Shown: positions 25,779 through 38,901 of the stretch, in pieces
Layout of the letters: the number at the start of each line of letters is the position of its first letter
Numbering within the stretch: position 1 is the first letter of the stretch
Assembly: GCA_024137785.1 (NCBI GenBank)
Contig: JAHRHZ010000002.1
Location: forward strand, 19,240,685 to 19,304,684
DNA from: Ginglymostoma cirratum
Lineage: Eukaryota
Length of the DNA stretch: 64,000 bases
Direction of reading: 5' to 3'
Notes under the pieces: model-generated
Databases searched by the model: none
What the model saw: the letters and a program-made list of their open reading frames with translations, nothing else
What the model was told of the DNA's origin: nothing
Position numbers and translations under genes: made by a program

Positions 25779-25835
25779 AGACTGTTCAAAAATCAAACTA
25801 GGATTAAAGTTCCATATTGGCCTTACAACCCCTGA
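25779..25835 (+). CDS. Gene 1 possible terminal coding exon RLFKNQTRIKVPYWPYNP*
   Basis: Strong acceptor tttattttgttactctgcag| and open in phase 0, but competing acceptors exist near 25624 and 26645-26675. Confidence 0.2.
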   Translation, partial: RLFKNQTRIKVPYWPYNP

Positions 25836-28800
25836 ACCTCTACTGGGGACTTTGCAATATGTTGTAACATACAAATTTGTGCTTAATTAGGCAACCTCAG
25901 CTGGAACGTTTGAAGGGATTGTTTGGATGGAGCTGTTTATTTTCTACGCAGCGCCATGTCTGCCACCTACTCACCTGTTCCTCCCACTGCCAAAATTGTA
26001 GGAGAGTTAGTGTAGGAAATTTGAGGGGAGTCTTGCTTGTTTTTGGGCCCATTGAGGCAGTGAGATGGCCACGACCAAGTGGACGGAGCAACATCAATCG
26101 GGAAGCATGGTAGCCCACTCCCCTCCTTGTCTGTGAATTGCCAATCTGGCCCTGGCAACCCTAGATATTCCTGCGTTCCTTCGAGTGGGGTGATTGCCTG
26201 GAAGTGGCAATCGTTGCTGGGACTGCAGGTCTACCAGTGAATTTTGTTGGACTGCAACTCTCTACTCATGTTGTGCACCCATATCTATGGGTAAATGCTA
26301 TGTAAAATCAGGGGAAAATTGAATATGAAACTCTCCTTCACCAATCCATGTATACGGTAGAGTATGGTCGACTTCACTAACATGAAATTTCTTTTGTAAA
26401 AGGCTCAAGAAGCTGATTAGGTTTTGTTTTTTGCAATTTATTCCCAAATTGAAAGGGCTACATCTATAATGTTTATAAAGTGAGGATTGCCCTTTAGGAG
26501 GTCTCCAACTAACAATACTCTATGTATGAATGTCACTGAGTTCCATTTCTGCTGTATAGTCACACATACAATATAGCATTCGGTCAACATGAATTACATT
26601 CCTGATGTTTACTCCTTTATTTCCTCATTTTTTATTCCAATCAGCCCTGAGACTGTTTCAATAATCTTCTTTCAGTTCATACAATGCCCCACATCTCCTC
26701 TTTCTATCCTCACTGTATAAACGTAAACATACTGGACATCAGCTCAACCGTCAACTGTGACTTTGAGGAATTGTTAACTTCGATACTTGTTTCACATTGG
26801 ATTGATTTTGTGCGCCACAATTGGAGGTGGATACAAATGTTAAGTTTATTACTGAAGGGAAGGATGAAAATGGAGTGTCACGTATGCTTTCTACACAAAT
26901 TAAATGAGTGAAAGAATACCTTACTTTGATAATGATACTAACATAATTTTCCTGTACTTTGTTCAAAGCATGATGATGCTTACCTTCACTGCCATGGTAT
27001 CGAAGCCACGCCAAAGAAACAGCGTCCACAACCTCCAAAGAGAAACATGGAGTAGATTTCCCTGTAGTTCGTTTAGTATCAGATATTTATATCAAACATC
27101 CAACCTTATCAAAAGAAAGTTTAAGAGAAAAAGAAATGTACTACTTTCAACTTTTGAGTTGTGTACGTGAATTAGTTGTTGACTATATACAGTATATGTT
27201 GTATGAAAACTTAAATATGCGAAATCCCTTCTTTTACAATTAATTCTTCTTCAATCCTTCATGTGCTGTTGCCAATGAACAATCTATTGTCAGCAATAAT
27301 TGAAACAATTAATAATCAATGCAAAGCTGCATTCCACAGAAATTCTTCATAAGACCTATATATTTGAAGAAATTACACATATACATGCTTTATTTATTCC
27401 ATTTACTGCTTGCATTTTCTCGATGCCATATGAGTTTTTCTTATTAATCTCATCCTACAAATACTTCTTTCTTAGACTTTTATCTCCTCCATGTGCCGTC
27501 ATATTTTCAAATCTGGCCAGGTCCGTGTCCTAATCAGTAGTTTAAAATCATTCTTCTAAGTACATTAGAATCGTAAGGATTCTCTCAGTTCACTCAATCT
27601 GCTACAAGACAAAGGCCTTTAAAACCTAAGTTTGCCACCAACTAAACACTTTACTGAAGTTGCTTAACCACTTTGATATTGTGAACTTTGGGTTTTAAGC
27701 ATATATTTCAGCTTCCACACTGTAAAAATAGTTTCTGTCTATATATGTTTTGCTGTGTGTTTGCATAAAAGCATAGCAGATAACATTCAGCACTGGTGTC
27801 CAGAAAGACACTATGGGTTATCTGCAGATTTTCACTCCCGACAGTTGTTAAATGGAGAAAGCATTTCATGGGCCAAGCATTTACTAGTTAATCTAAAAGA
27901 TGAGGCCTTGGTAATGCCATACTAAACTGGGAAAAAGATTACAATAGAATGTGTTTGTCAATAAGTTGCCTCTGACGAACAACTGAAAATATGAAGTATA
28001 ATAAGATGTAGAGTCGAAATGATGTATATCGAAATATCCCCCCTTGTATTAGGTTTGAATTTTTAGAATTTCCAGAAACACGTATATAATCTACAAGTAA
28101 AGCAATAAATTAAAAATAACTGGAATTTGACTAATAACCATGCGTTTTGGTAGATATGTATACATGCCCTGAAAAGCAAAACATACCAGATTGCTATTGC
28201 AGGCCCTGTTATTCTAAAATTATTTCTTGTACAAAACAGGGCATGAAAGAGCTTATAGAAATTTTCTTTCCATGTTTCAGTGCATGTGTTTATGGAGATC
28301 AAACGCCACAGGAGATATATTAATAATCTCTGACTCATGCATAAATGTCTTATTCTGCAACAAATATGTGCACAAAAATAAATATGAGACTGAAATGCAA
28401 GTCTAACTATACAAAGTAAATATGTACTTCCACAATATATAAAATTTCAGCTTGTTCAATAGAAGTGCAAATCAGGCCATTCTTCATGTACTTTTTCTTT
28501 ATGTCCTTATTGCATTTACTGCTATACAGTTGAATCATTGCAGCAGATGCATCATTAATTATATTATATTAATTAATTTTTGCAGTGCTGCTCATCGAAT
28601 GGTCAGCATCTCAGAGAAAGTCTCAAGTTGAGTGGGAATGAAAGTAAACACCGAGAGTTAGGTATCAGTGATGGAGGGATGGGCAAAAGAGTCAAAAGTA
28701 GGTTTACTGAGTTATCTCAGGAAATAGCACTCCATGCTATTGAATATAAAGACATTATTAATTTCCTAATTTCATTAGTGGAGGCAAATAACACCCCATG

Positions 28801-30439
28801 CGGCTGAATATTTAATGGTCCTTTATGTCCATCAGTTGAGGTCAAAACAATGGTGTAATTCGAAAAACGTGGATTATTGCAAGACAGGAGTAGTTTTTAT
28901 ATAATATTTTTGTGGTGTGGCTATATGACTCCTTCATATCAAATATTCTCTTGGGAAAATAATTGGAATTGACATCTTTTAAAAGGAAGAGGAAGCAAAA
29001 TGTTTATAATTATGTAATGACTACCTTAGGATCGGGACATTATCATTGAATAAATAGCCATCTGTGACTGTTCTCGAACAGTTCAGTATTGTACTGAACA
29101 TGAAGGGGATCATTTCATCTGCGAGGGCTAATGGGAATGCAGTATCATTTTGATGAGGTGACATGAGCTTTTCTTTGTCACTTATTCAAAGGGAAAAAAT
29201 TAAGCCAGTGCTGGAAAAGCAATGTTTGCCATATGTGTTACCTAAAAAATTATCTCTCACCAGGGGTGTGGGCTGGCCTCTGTTACACTATGTTTATAGG
29301 GTTGACATCTGTTTTGGAACTTCTGAAACCACGTCTGGCAATGAGATGAACTTCTGCCTACAACTGGGGTGTCGCCATTTTATCAATCAACATATTTTGT
29401 AATTGATGCAAAGGGTTTTCAAGTCTCTTTGATCACATCTCAAGTCAGAGCTCTGGAAGTCCTGAAGATATCTTGAAAAGGTTTAGATCTACTTATAGCA
29501 TATCCCCGAGGATGTGGCATTCTTCTGTCCTGCAGAAATTCCCAAATGAGCTAAGTTTTATTTGCTTAATTAAAACTAGCATATTTTGCCAAGAAATGAC
29601 TGCTGCATTTGGTGACATGGGTTTTCCTTATGATCCTAAAATCACAGAGTTGGAAATTGTTGGGATGTGTAAGTTGTCCAGGCCTCATTGCCACAAACCA
29701 TACACTGAAGATGCAGATGATAAATCAAATCGATATATTTCTGTGATTGTACAGTTAGCAAGGCAAATTGTGACTGTCTTTATAATTTGATTGTTTGCCT
29801 CTGTAGATCCAAGATATCATAATTTTCAGACTACTTCTGTGGTGTTGCTCAGACTGATCACAAGCAAATGCATGCAACGCTGTCACCATCGTTTTCTTCA
29901 CAATAGTAGTGAAGGGAAATATGACACAAGCAGGGGACAATTCGTCCATTAGGCTTTCACTCTGGTCTTCCACTTTGGGCAGTGAGTTTTGCATAATCAG
30001 CAGACAAAAAATCTTTGATCAGGTATATCACACCTCTGTCCTAGTTTTCAGTTTTGATACGTTTAGGAATTTTGCGTCTGATCATTTGTGCAGGTGCACA
30101 TTTTCATGACCACAGATAACTAATAGGGAAGTGTAACAGAAAGAAAATATACAAAAAATAGTGCAGGGCCCAAACTACAGAACTGTTTCTCTTCATTTTC
30201 TGCCTGAACAGTCAAATGTGTCGTGAAGTTGAATGGTACCTATGATTAAGGAGCAGGAATATGAATTCAATCAGATCCTGAGTGATATGACCAATATTTG
30301 AAGGCTATTGGCTTTGTGAGTACCTGCAGTGTATGTTATCACAAAAGGAGCATAAAACTCTTCAAAGCTTTGTAGCATAGCTGATCTTTTTCTCTAATAT
30401 CATCACTAGAGGCTGAATACCTATTTTGCCTGTCCTAAT

Positions 30440-30680
30440 TACGGTGACAAATCTTATTGTGAAATCCACAAAAAGGAAGGTAGAGTTTTGTTATTGCTCT
30501 CTGCACTTCTCTTGAAACTGAGTTAGTAAGAACTTCATGTCTCCCTTCTACTTCCGCTGAAGTCACATTGTGCCTCCGAATATATTTCCCCACCTAGTTG
30601 ATGCAGCCTCGCTGGTATGACTGTGGCAAAAGCCTCATCAGTGTTGCTCCCCAGTCATTGTGGAATTTCTTTGATGCTCG
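30440..30680 (-). mobile_element. RTE-clade LINE RT remnant
   Basis: EAFATVIPARLHQLGGEIYSEAQCDFS../QFQEKCREQ*QNSTFLFVDFT resembles RTE ESQCGFR...QEKCREQ...FVDFTKAFD. Confidence 0.7.
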
Positions 30681-32777
30681 GATGTAGGCTTCCCCGTTGT
30701 GTCACCTTAATTATCGTGTATTTCTTCAGTAAAATGTTGTCCGAACCTAAGTTCAGTTTGATCATAATTTGGGCCCAGAGAAAAGAAAAATTGATTCTGC
30801 AAAATATCAACATGGATCTGATTTATTTTTAAATTGCTATGAAGCACATCATGATTTGGACTTATTTTATGGTCACCTTGTTATGCATCCAGTTCATTCA
30901 TTTGTATAAATGGTGATTGACAATCTATTGATTTATTTTTGGCCGTTCGGTGCAGATTATTTAATTAATTTCTACCCATCACTATCATATTCAATCGAGA
31001 ACTGCGTCTGAAACAAAACTTAGATCAAATACTATCCTACCAATCTCCAAATTCATCCATTTTGAGCTTCATATTGTTGGAAATGTTGCATATATACATT
31101 ACTATATTTGTATAAAGGCATTGATTCTGACACCTGTCAATAAATCTTCTTTTGATAGTTAATGCCTATATTCGCAATTGTCCTTCCCCAGCTATCTGGC
31201 CATTCTTGCATATAATTTCTTTTCTCCCCTCTATCATGTGAAATTCTCAATGTTTTATAGGTTAGAATGTTGAAGCCAAAAACAGTAAATTCACATCATA
31301 ACAAAGAATGCTGATAGGGTAATGCAAAAAGCTGAGAAAAAGAAATGGAACATCCTGAAGAGTAAAGCTGAAATGTTGGGGCCTTTTGTTTTTTGTAAAC
31401 TTTATAATGCTTCTGTAAACTTCCTTTGCATGTGCTGTTAGGTCAAAGGCTCCATTCAACTGCAAGTTCTTGTCTTTGATGAAATGTACTTCGTTGCATT
31501 CTTTAGCCGAATAGAACTATGATATAAGCAAAATGCTAATTCTAAAATGTTACGTTTCAAATGTCTCTTCATGCTTGAAAACTACAGGATCAAAATATAA
31601 ATGTTTTATTTTAATTTCACGTCAAATTGTCTCAAAAATATGTAAAGCATCAGTTCAATACTTAGAAATGATATTTCTCAATCCGTCTTGGAGATTGCTG
31701 CTGTCTGCAATAAGCGGTGGAAAACATTACTTGAATAACAGTCTTATATGTAATGTTGTGGTTTCTATTTGTTCTGAGTCAATGACACCCACATGCATTG
31801 CAGCATATGTTGAACATTTGGTTTTTATTTAACTGCCTTGCAAAATATATTGTTGCAGTGTACATGACAATTGACCATAGTTTTTAATCAATCATATGCA
31901 TAAACATGGTCTGTGTGATGGTTAAATCTTTCAGCGTTAGAGTCTCATCTGTACTTTTGCAACAAAAAAAGGCAGTGTGCAAAAATGCTGGTTGGTTTAA
32001 TTCCCTTTAAACTCAAAACCACAAAGATGCTTAAACCTTTCAGTTTAACTTAATCTACTGGTCTGAAATGATACTTTAAAGGTCGTAGAACTTTGATGGT
32101 CCGGATGTGTATTGGAAGCTGTGATGTCTCTATCTGGAGCAGAGATGAATCAGGGTACGTTTCCTGATAATCTGTTTTTTTAAAAGATCACCCTCAATTC
32201 ACTTAAACAGCACGTTCGATATTTCACTTATTGGCCTTATGGAGAAATAAGACCTCATAGCTGTCAGGAAGGGAGGAAAGAGAGAAATGAAAGAATGATA
32301 TGCGTTCATAGCTGATGTTGATGGGATTTGATTTGAACTCAGTCAGATTGGCTACTGAAAGAAGTGACTCAGCATAGGCAGTTGTCCCAATCTTAGTAAT
32401 AAGGTAGCTATGGAATTCTCACACTTGTTGGAGGCAAGCATGGAGGACACAGGGGAAAAAAGTCTTCAGTGCAATAGTTAAAAAAGGTTATTGCCTGGAA
32501 CAAACAAGCGCATGACACGACATAACGAAACCACTTATCCAACACATGTTTTCAGTTCTGTATGCCTTAGATTTAAGGAAGCTGAGGTTAAGGCCAAAGC
32601 AAGGGAACAGAATGGCTGAAAGAAAGTAGTGTTTTATTCAGTGCCACAACTTCAATGGTGTAAGTAAGAGTATGGTTGATAAAATCAGTCACTCAGTTGC
32701 TGAAAAAATGTTATGGCAATGGAGGTGCAATGGTGTAGGGAGATCATGGACTTCGTTGTCACTATGACTGGAGCAGC

Positions 32778-33085
32778 ACGGGTTGCTACAAAGGCTCAGT
32801 AGTCAGCACGGTTGTCTCGCAGTGCCAGGGGCCTGGGTTTTATTCTAAATCTGGGTGACTGTCTTTGTGGAGTTTGCATGTTCTCCCAGTTTCTGTTGGG
32901 TGCTCTGGTTTCCTCCCACAGTCCAAAGATTCACATTTAGGTGGATTGGTCTGCTAAATTACCCCGTAGTGTCCAGGGATGTGTGGGGCTAGATTAGCCA
33001 TGGTAAATGCGGAATATCAGGGTTTGGGTGAGATGTTCTTCAGCCGGTTGGTGCAGAGACGATTGGCCAAAAGGGATTTTGTGAC
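32778..33085 (+). mobile_element. HE1/V-SINE
   Basis: tRNA head, core tgtggagtttgcatgttctccc...cctcccacagtccaaagat. Confidence 0.8.
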
Positions 33086-34408
33086 AATCCGATCAACTAC
33101 CTCTGCTGAGCCACTTCCTTCAATAGCCAATCTACTTGAAGCTCCTTCAATACTCCTTCTGATCCTCTGCTCTATTATATCTGCACAACTAATCATACAG
33201 ATTCCCCTCGTGACCCATGTGTTAACCAATTTGTAAATGGTTTTTATCACATTTTGATTTGGCCTGCTCTGATTTAAATGCTATGTCATTAATCTTATCC
33301 TAAAAGAAACAAACCTTGACAATCAATCATTCTCCAATGTTCACTACAGTTCTGAGTTTTGTGTCACCTGAAAAAACATTATTTTCATGCATGAAACAGA
33401 GCACAGATCCGAACAGAGAAACTTTACTTCCTTCATGTCTAAACGAAAGTTTGCCACTATTGACTTCCTCAGATAAATTCCTGTCTATACAGTTGCTAGT
33501 TTGCTAAACCTATGATGTTTGTTTTTGGTGGCATCTGAAATGAGTGACCCCACACCACAGCGCCCCCGCCATGCACACACCCTCGCCAACTCCCATATCT
33601 ACCCTTTGACACTTTTCATTGCTTCCCTACATGATTCTTTTTGGCTGCCTCACTAAGCCATTTTCCACATGAACAATGGTGATACCCAGCTGCAATTTAC
33701 CGTTATCTTACCTTTTCTAAGCAGCAAAACTGCTTTTCTCATGTTGAGAACACTGCAGCCCCTTCAGAAATCATATTCCTAAATCATAACGGATTAAGGG
33801 CGGACCCAAATGCTCACAGTCTTGGTATCATATTTGACCCAAGAGGTGCGCTTCCAAATGCCTGGCTGCAATATTAAAGTAAAGGGTATATCCTCGTTTG
33901 TGTATTGCCCAACTTTGTAACATTGGCATCTAATTAATCAAGTCATGGCGGACATCTTATATTCCCCGTTCCTTTTTAAATGTTTCCTTTGGGGTGTGGG
34001 CATCTTAAGAAAAAGCTTTGTTGCAGTTTTTCTATTGATCTTTGACTGAATCACATGTTCAACCATTTCCGAGCGTAGCTAAGAATTAACTGCATTGTTA
34101 TATATTGGAGTCACATGTATGCCACACCAGGTAAGGGTGACGAATTTCATTCCCTAAAGGACATTAGTAAACCAAATTGTTGTTAACAACAATTAATAAT
34201 GGTTTTGTGGTTGCCGTTACTGAGAATAACTCTGTACTAATCCTCCACGCTGGAAGAAGAGATACTGGCAATATTGATGAAATTACCTGAATAATATTTT
34301 GGGTATTTTTTGACTGGTTGAACCTTTGTTCAACTTATGGAATCATACATTACAGGAGAGGCCCTTCAGTGCATCGAGTTAGCAAAAGCATGCTAATACT
34401 GGCACTAG

Positions 34409-35489
34409 AGATAAAAGGTACTGCAGATGCTGGAGAATCCGAGATAACAAGGTGTGGGGCTGGATGAACACAGCAGGCCAAGCAGCATCATAGAAGCAGG
34501 AAAGCTTGATGTTTCGGGCCTAGACCCTTCATCAGAAATGGGGGAGGGGAAGAGGGTTCTGAAATAAATAGGGAGAGAGGGGGAGGCGGATAGAGGATGG
34601 ATAGAGGAGAGAATAGGTGGAGAGGAGGCAGACAAGTCGAAGAGGCAGGGATGGAGCCAGTAAAGGTGAGTGTAGGTGGGGGGTGAGGGTAGGGAGGAGA
34701 TAGGTCAGTCCAGGGAGGACGGACAGGTCAAGGGGGCAGGATGATGTTAGTAGATGGGAGATGGGGGTGGGGCTTGAGGTGGGAGGAGGGGATAGGTGAG
34801 AGGAAGGACAGGTTAGGGAGGCAGAGATGAGCTGGGTTGGTTTTGGGATGCGGTTGGGGGAGGGGAGCAGGTACTACAGCCACATCACCTTTCTTAGTAC
34901 CTGCCTACGGAACCAGATCATCCCCAATGGACTACAATCCACATTCAAGCCTTCCCAATTTGGCCCCAACCATGACAATTTCTACATGTCCATCCTGGGC
35001 TTCCTGCAATGCCACAGTGATGCCACCCGAAGGCTGCAGGAACAGCAAATCATATTCAGCCTGGGAACCCTGCAACCCAATGGTATCAATGTGGATTTCA
35101 CAAGCTTCAAAATCTCCCCTCCCCCAACCGCATCCCAAAACCAACCCAGCTCATCTCCGCCTCCCTAACCTGTCCTTCCTCTCACCTATCCCCTCCTCCC
35201 ACCTCAAGCCCCACCCCCATCTCCTATCTACTAACATCATCCTGCCCCCTTGACCTGTCCGTCCTCCATGGACTGACCTATCTCCTCCCTACCCCCCCAA
35301 CCTTCACTCACCTTTACTGGGTCTATCCCCGCCTCTTCAACTTGTCTGCCTTCTCTCCACCTATCCTCTCCTCTATCCATCTTCTATCTGCATCCCCCTC
35401 TCTCCCTATTTATATCAGAACCCTCTTCCCCTCTCCCATTTCTGATGAAGGGTCTAGGCCCGAAACGTCAAGCTTTCCTGCTCCTATGA
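34409..35489. mobile_element. Internally deleted Penelope-like (Neptune-type) element with inverted terminal repeats
   Basis: Arms 34486-34867 and 35113-35489. The spacer encodes SHITFLSTCLRNQIIPNGL fused to the GIY-YIG C-terminus EQQIIFSLGTLQPNGINVDF. TSD taatact(g/t)gcactag at 34394-34408 and 35490-35504. Confidence 0.85.
35438..35473 (+). ncRNA. Minimal hammerhead ribozyme motif in the PLE repeat
   Basis: CUGAUGA-A-GGG(ucuagg)CCC-GAAAC-GUC; mirrored on the minus strand at ~34505-34538. Confidence 0.5.
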
Positions 35490-37329
35490 TAATACTTGCA
35501 CTAGTTCCACTTTCCTGCCTCAAATACTCTCCCAAACGATGCATTCTAGAACTCCATCATGAAAAGGATGAAAAGGCTTTTCTCAAATACGTTTAAACCT
35601 CTTGCCTTTCACGTTAAAATTATGTCTCTTGTTACTGACCCTTCAACTAAGGTGAACTGCTGCTTTCTACTCAGACTGTCAATGCCCCTCATAATCTTTC
35701 CCCCTCTACTGTAACCCGAAAGAGGACTTCAACCTTCTCCCATAAGTTCTTCATTTGTGTGACAGACAAATGACTGGGAATCGATTTGGAATTTAATTAA
35801 ACTGTTTGAGTAATAATATAAAACATATATTCATTGCAACATTTACTTTTTACTTCATCTAACTTAACGTCGGCATTGATTCACTTCAGTTGACTTCACT
35901 ATGCTCTACTTTAACATGATTCACATTTAACTGTAACACCAAATTTAACTGTATGAGTTTGGCTTTAAACATATACCACACCGATTTGAGCGAAGGGGCC
36001 AACTTTTGCTCTCGGTGTAGATATTAACTTCAGGGCACATATGTTGTGAATGTGGGTTTTGAGTGTTTTCTCTGGAAATATCTATCTACTGCTAGCTTTA
36101 TCCCAAAGCATGATCACTCTTCCAGAAACTTCTCTGCTACTGGGCCAATGAATTGACCAAAACCTGATCACAATGTTCAATGATAGCCAATGAGGCTAAC
36201 TGATAAACAACTCCCAACTGTTTATACCAAGATGCAAACAGCCATGATGCTCTACATAAGGTAACAGTTGTGTCGGTATGTTTATCAAACAGCTATGACA
36301 CATCCCTTATCTGGTCAACACAGGAAACAGGTGTCAGCTTACAGGACACGCCACAACATGTCTTGGCTGCAGTTTTAAACCAAGTCAGAGCTTAAACTAA
36401 CTTGATCACAGTATGTATCATGCTGGATTGTAGCTCTTGCAGTCTCATAGCCATTTCTGTTGCTGGCCCTCTGACCACACAACTTTCTCTGTTCCAAAGA
36501 AAATGACCTGAGCTTCCCTCCAGCCTCTTCATAGATGTACTGCTTCCAGTGCAATGACTTCCTGTAGAGTGGTAACCAGAATTGCACACAAGTACGCCAG
36601 CTTTTGTATAACCAAAGTTCTGTATATTTCCAACTTGACATGCATACTTTTTCATTGCACACAATCCACCCACCTTTATGGACGCGTGCACAAGTATCCA
36701 ACTTCACTCTGTTACTCTCCTGCAGTGGCTGGGTCAGCAGTGTTTGGCTCCTTAGTGCAGGGCCTGGCTGCTGATGGCATATAAGGCAGATTCTGCTGCA
36801 TCTATACAGCTTCATCATTGTCTTTTCAGCTCAGTAACTTTTTTTTGCTTTTATTGTCCTGTGGCTTCCTCCCAATGCCATCCTGAGGGACACTGGGGCA
36901 CCGAGGATCTCCATCCCCACTCCATCTTGGTTGGCGGCAGTCAAGCCAGGACCCCATTGGTCGACCAAGAGCCAGGAGTCAATGTTCAGCCTCAGAAGAT
37001 ACACGGGACACACGCAGTGAGACTGTCCCCAGTTCAGAGGCAGCAGACACGGAAGTGACAGTGATGGTTTTGGCAGGAAAGGAACACATTGCCAGTACCC
37101 TGGGGATGATGTCAGATAGCAGCAACTGGAGAAGCAGAGAAAGTAAGTCTACAGAGAGAGAGAGAGAGAGAGACAGATGAACTTTTGAAGGTGTTTCAGT
37201 TTTAGTAATATTAATTTATTCAGTGTTTTACCATTTATATATCTTATTCGGCCATTTATTCTGGAATCCAAGATGGCACCAGAATGTGGTGACATTATCC
37301 ACTTTTCCCTGTGCCTAGGCTCAAGTGAC

Positions 37330-37920
37330 AATATTAAATAAATCTTAAGCCCAACCAGTGTCTAGCCACTCATTGAATTCTCCCTTGTTTTGTTTCTTCT
37401 TCCAAAGTGCACCAGCTCACATTTATCAGGGTTAAATCCCATCTGCCACTGATCTCACCAATCCTTTTATTTCCTCCTGTAACCTAACAACTTCCTCTTC
37501 ACTGTCAACCACCTAACCAATCTTTGTGTCATTGCAAACGTACTTATCATGCCCTCTGTATTCTCATCTACTTCATTTATGAATATTGCAAACAATACAA
37601 TACCCAACACTGATCCTGTGATATACAGTGGTGCACAGAGCTCCAATCACATAAACAGCTCCCTACCAGCTTCTACAGTCTTCTGTCACTAAACCAATTT
37701 TGGATCTAACTTGCCAAGTTATCTGGATTCCATGAACTTATAACTTCCTTATCAGTTTTCCATATGAGAACTTTTCAAGGGCCTTGCCTAAATCCATGTA
37801 AATGACGTTAACTGCCTTAACATCATCCAAACACTTGTTCACCTCCTCGAAAAATACCACTAGATTTTTCAGGTATGACCTCCCTCTGAGAAAACCATCT
37901 TGACTGTGCCTGATCTAACC
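37330..37920 (-). mobile_element. Degenerate CR1 RT fragment
   Basis: Reverse complement of YMDL.KA.EKV and KY..DTK-type sequence. Confidence 0.7.
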
Positions 37921-38261
37921 ATACCACCTTCCTGGGGTGTTCATCTGGAGACTACTTTCTGCATTCTTATACTAGATATTTGCTGTGCTTGCCTTGTCTA
38001 TTTGCTGGCTCAAAAACTCCTTTCCAAAACAACATCAAACTTGTTTTAAGTCTGAACAAATCTCCTAATTTTTGTTGTGACCATAAGGATTGGAAATAGG
38101 AGTCGGGTCCTCAGTCCCTCAAACCTGCTCCTCCATTCAATAAGACAATGGATGACCTGATTTCTCCACGTGAATACGTACCACCAAATAAGCTTTCATG
38201 GCATTATTATCTATAATCAAATGAACTCATCTTTGAATACATTAATCCATAAACTCAACTA

Positions 38262-38563
38262 AAGCTCTGAGCACCCGGGTTCAGATCCTGGCGCAGCAGA
38301 TGGAGGAATTTGAATTCAATAAAGAATCTGGAGTTATGGTCCAAATGATGACCATGAAACCATTGCCAATTGTCAGAGAAATCCCATTTGGTTCACTAAT
38401 GTCCTTTTTCGAAGGAAATCTGTCATCCTTACCTGGCCTGACCTACATCTGACTCCAGGCTCACTGAAATGTGGTTGATTCTTAACTGCCCTCGGGCAAT
38501 TAGGAACAGACAATTAATATTGGCCCAAACAGAGACGCCCACATCCTTTGAGTGAATAATAAA
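38262..38563 (+). mobile_element. Second SINE family (further copies at ~33975-34220 -, 42630-42830 -, 45520-45800 +, 46878-47175 +, 62195-62535 +)
   Basis: B-box-like gggttcagatcc, shared core tggttcactaatgtcct...ccttacctgg.ctg.cctaca..tgactccag and a tgaata tail. Confidence 0.75.
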
Positions 38564-38901
38564 AGTCCTTTCACTATCTTTTGAGGAAGAAAATTCCAAA
38601 GATCCTCTAGAATAAAAAAAATTCTCATCTCTCTCTCTTTAATGGGAGATCCCTTATTTCAAACAGTTATCGATATTTTTAGATTCTCCAAGAATACAAA
38701 ACATCCTTTCAGCATGCATTTTGACAAGATCCTTTGAAATGTTATGTGTTAGAAAAGTCACCTCTTACTCTTCAAAACTCTGCTGTGTACAAGCTTGGCC
38801 TGGCCAAAATTCCCTCAAAAAAAAAATCGGTCTATTCCAAGTATTGGCCTAGAAAACTTTAAACCACTTCCAGTACATTTACGTCAGATCACTGCGAAGT
38901 G

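Noticed and set aside
28580-29800. Possible DNA-transposase remnant (HLQCMVCG on the minus strand)
   Set aside because: A single CxxC-like motif with no supporting catalytic motifs; cannot be supported without a search.
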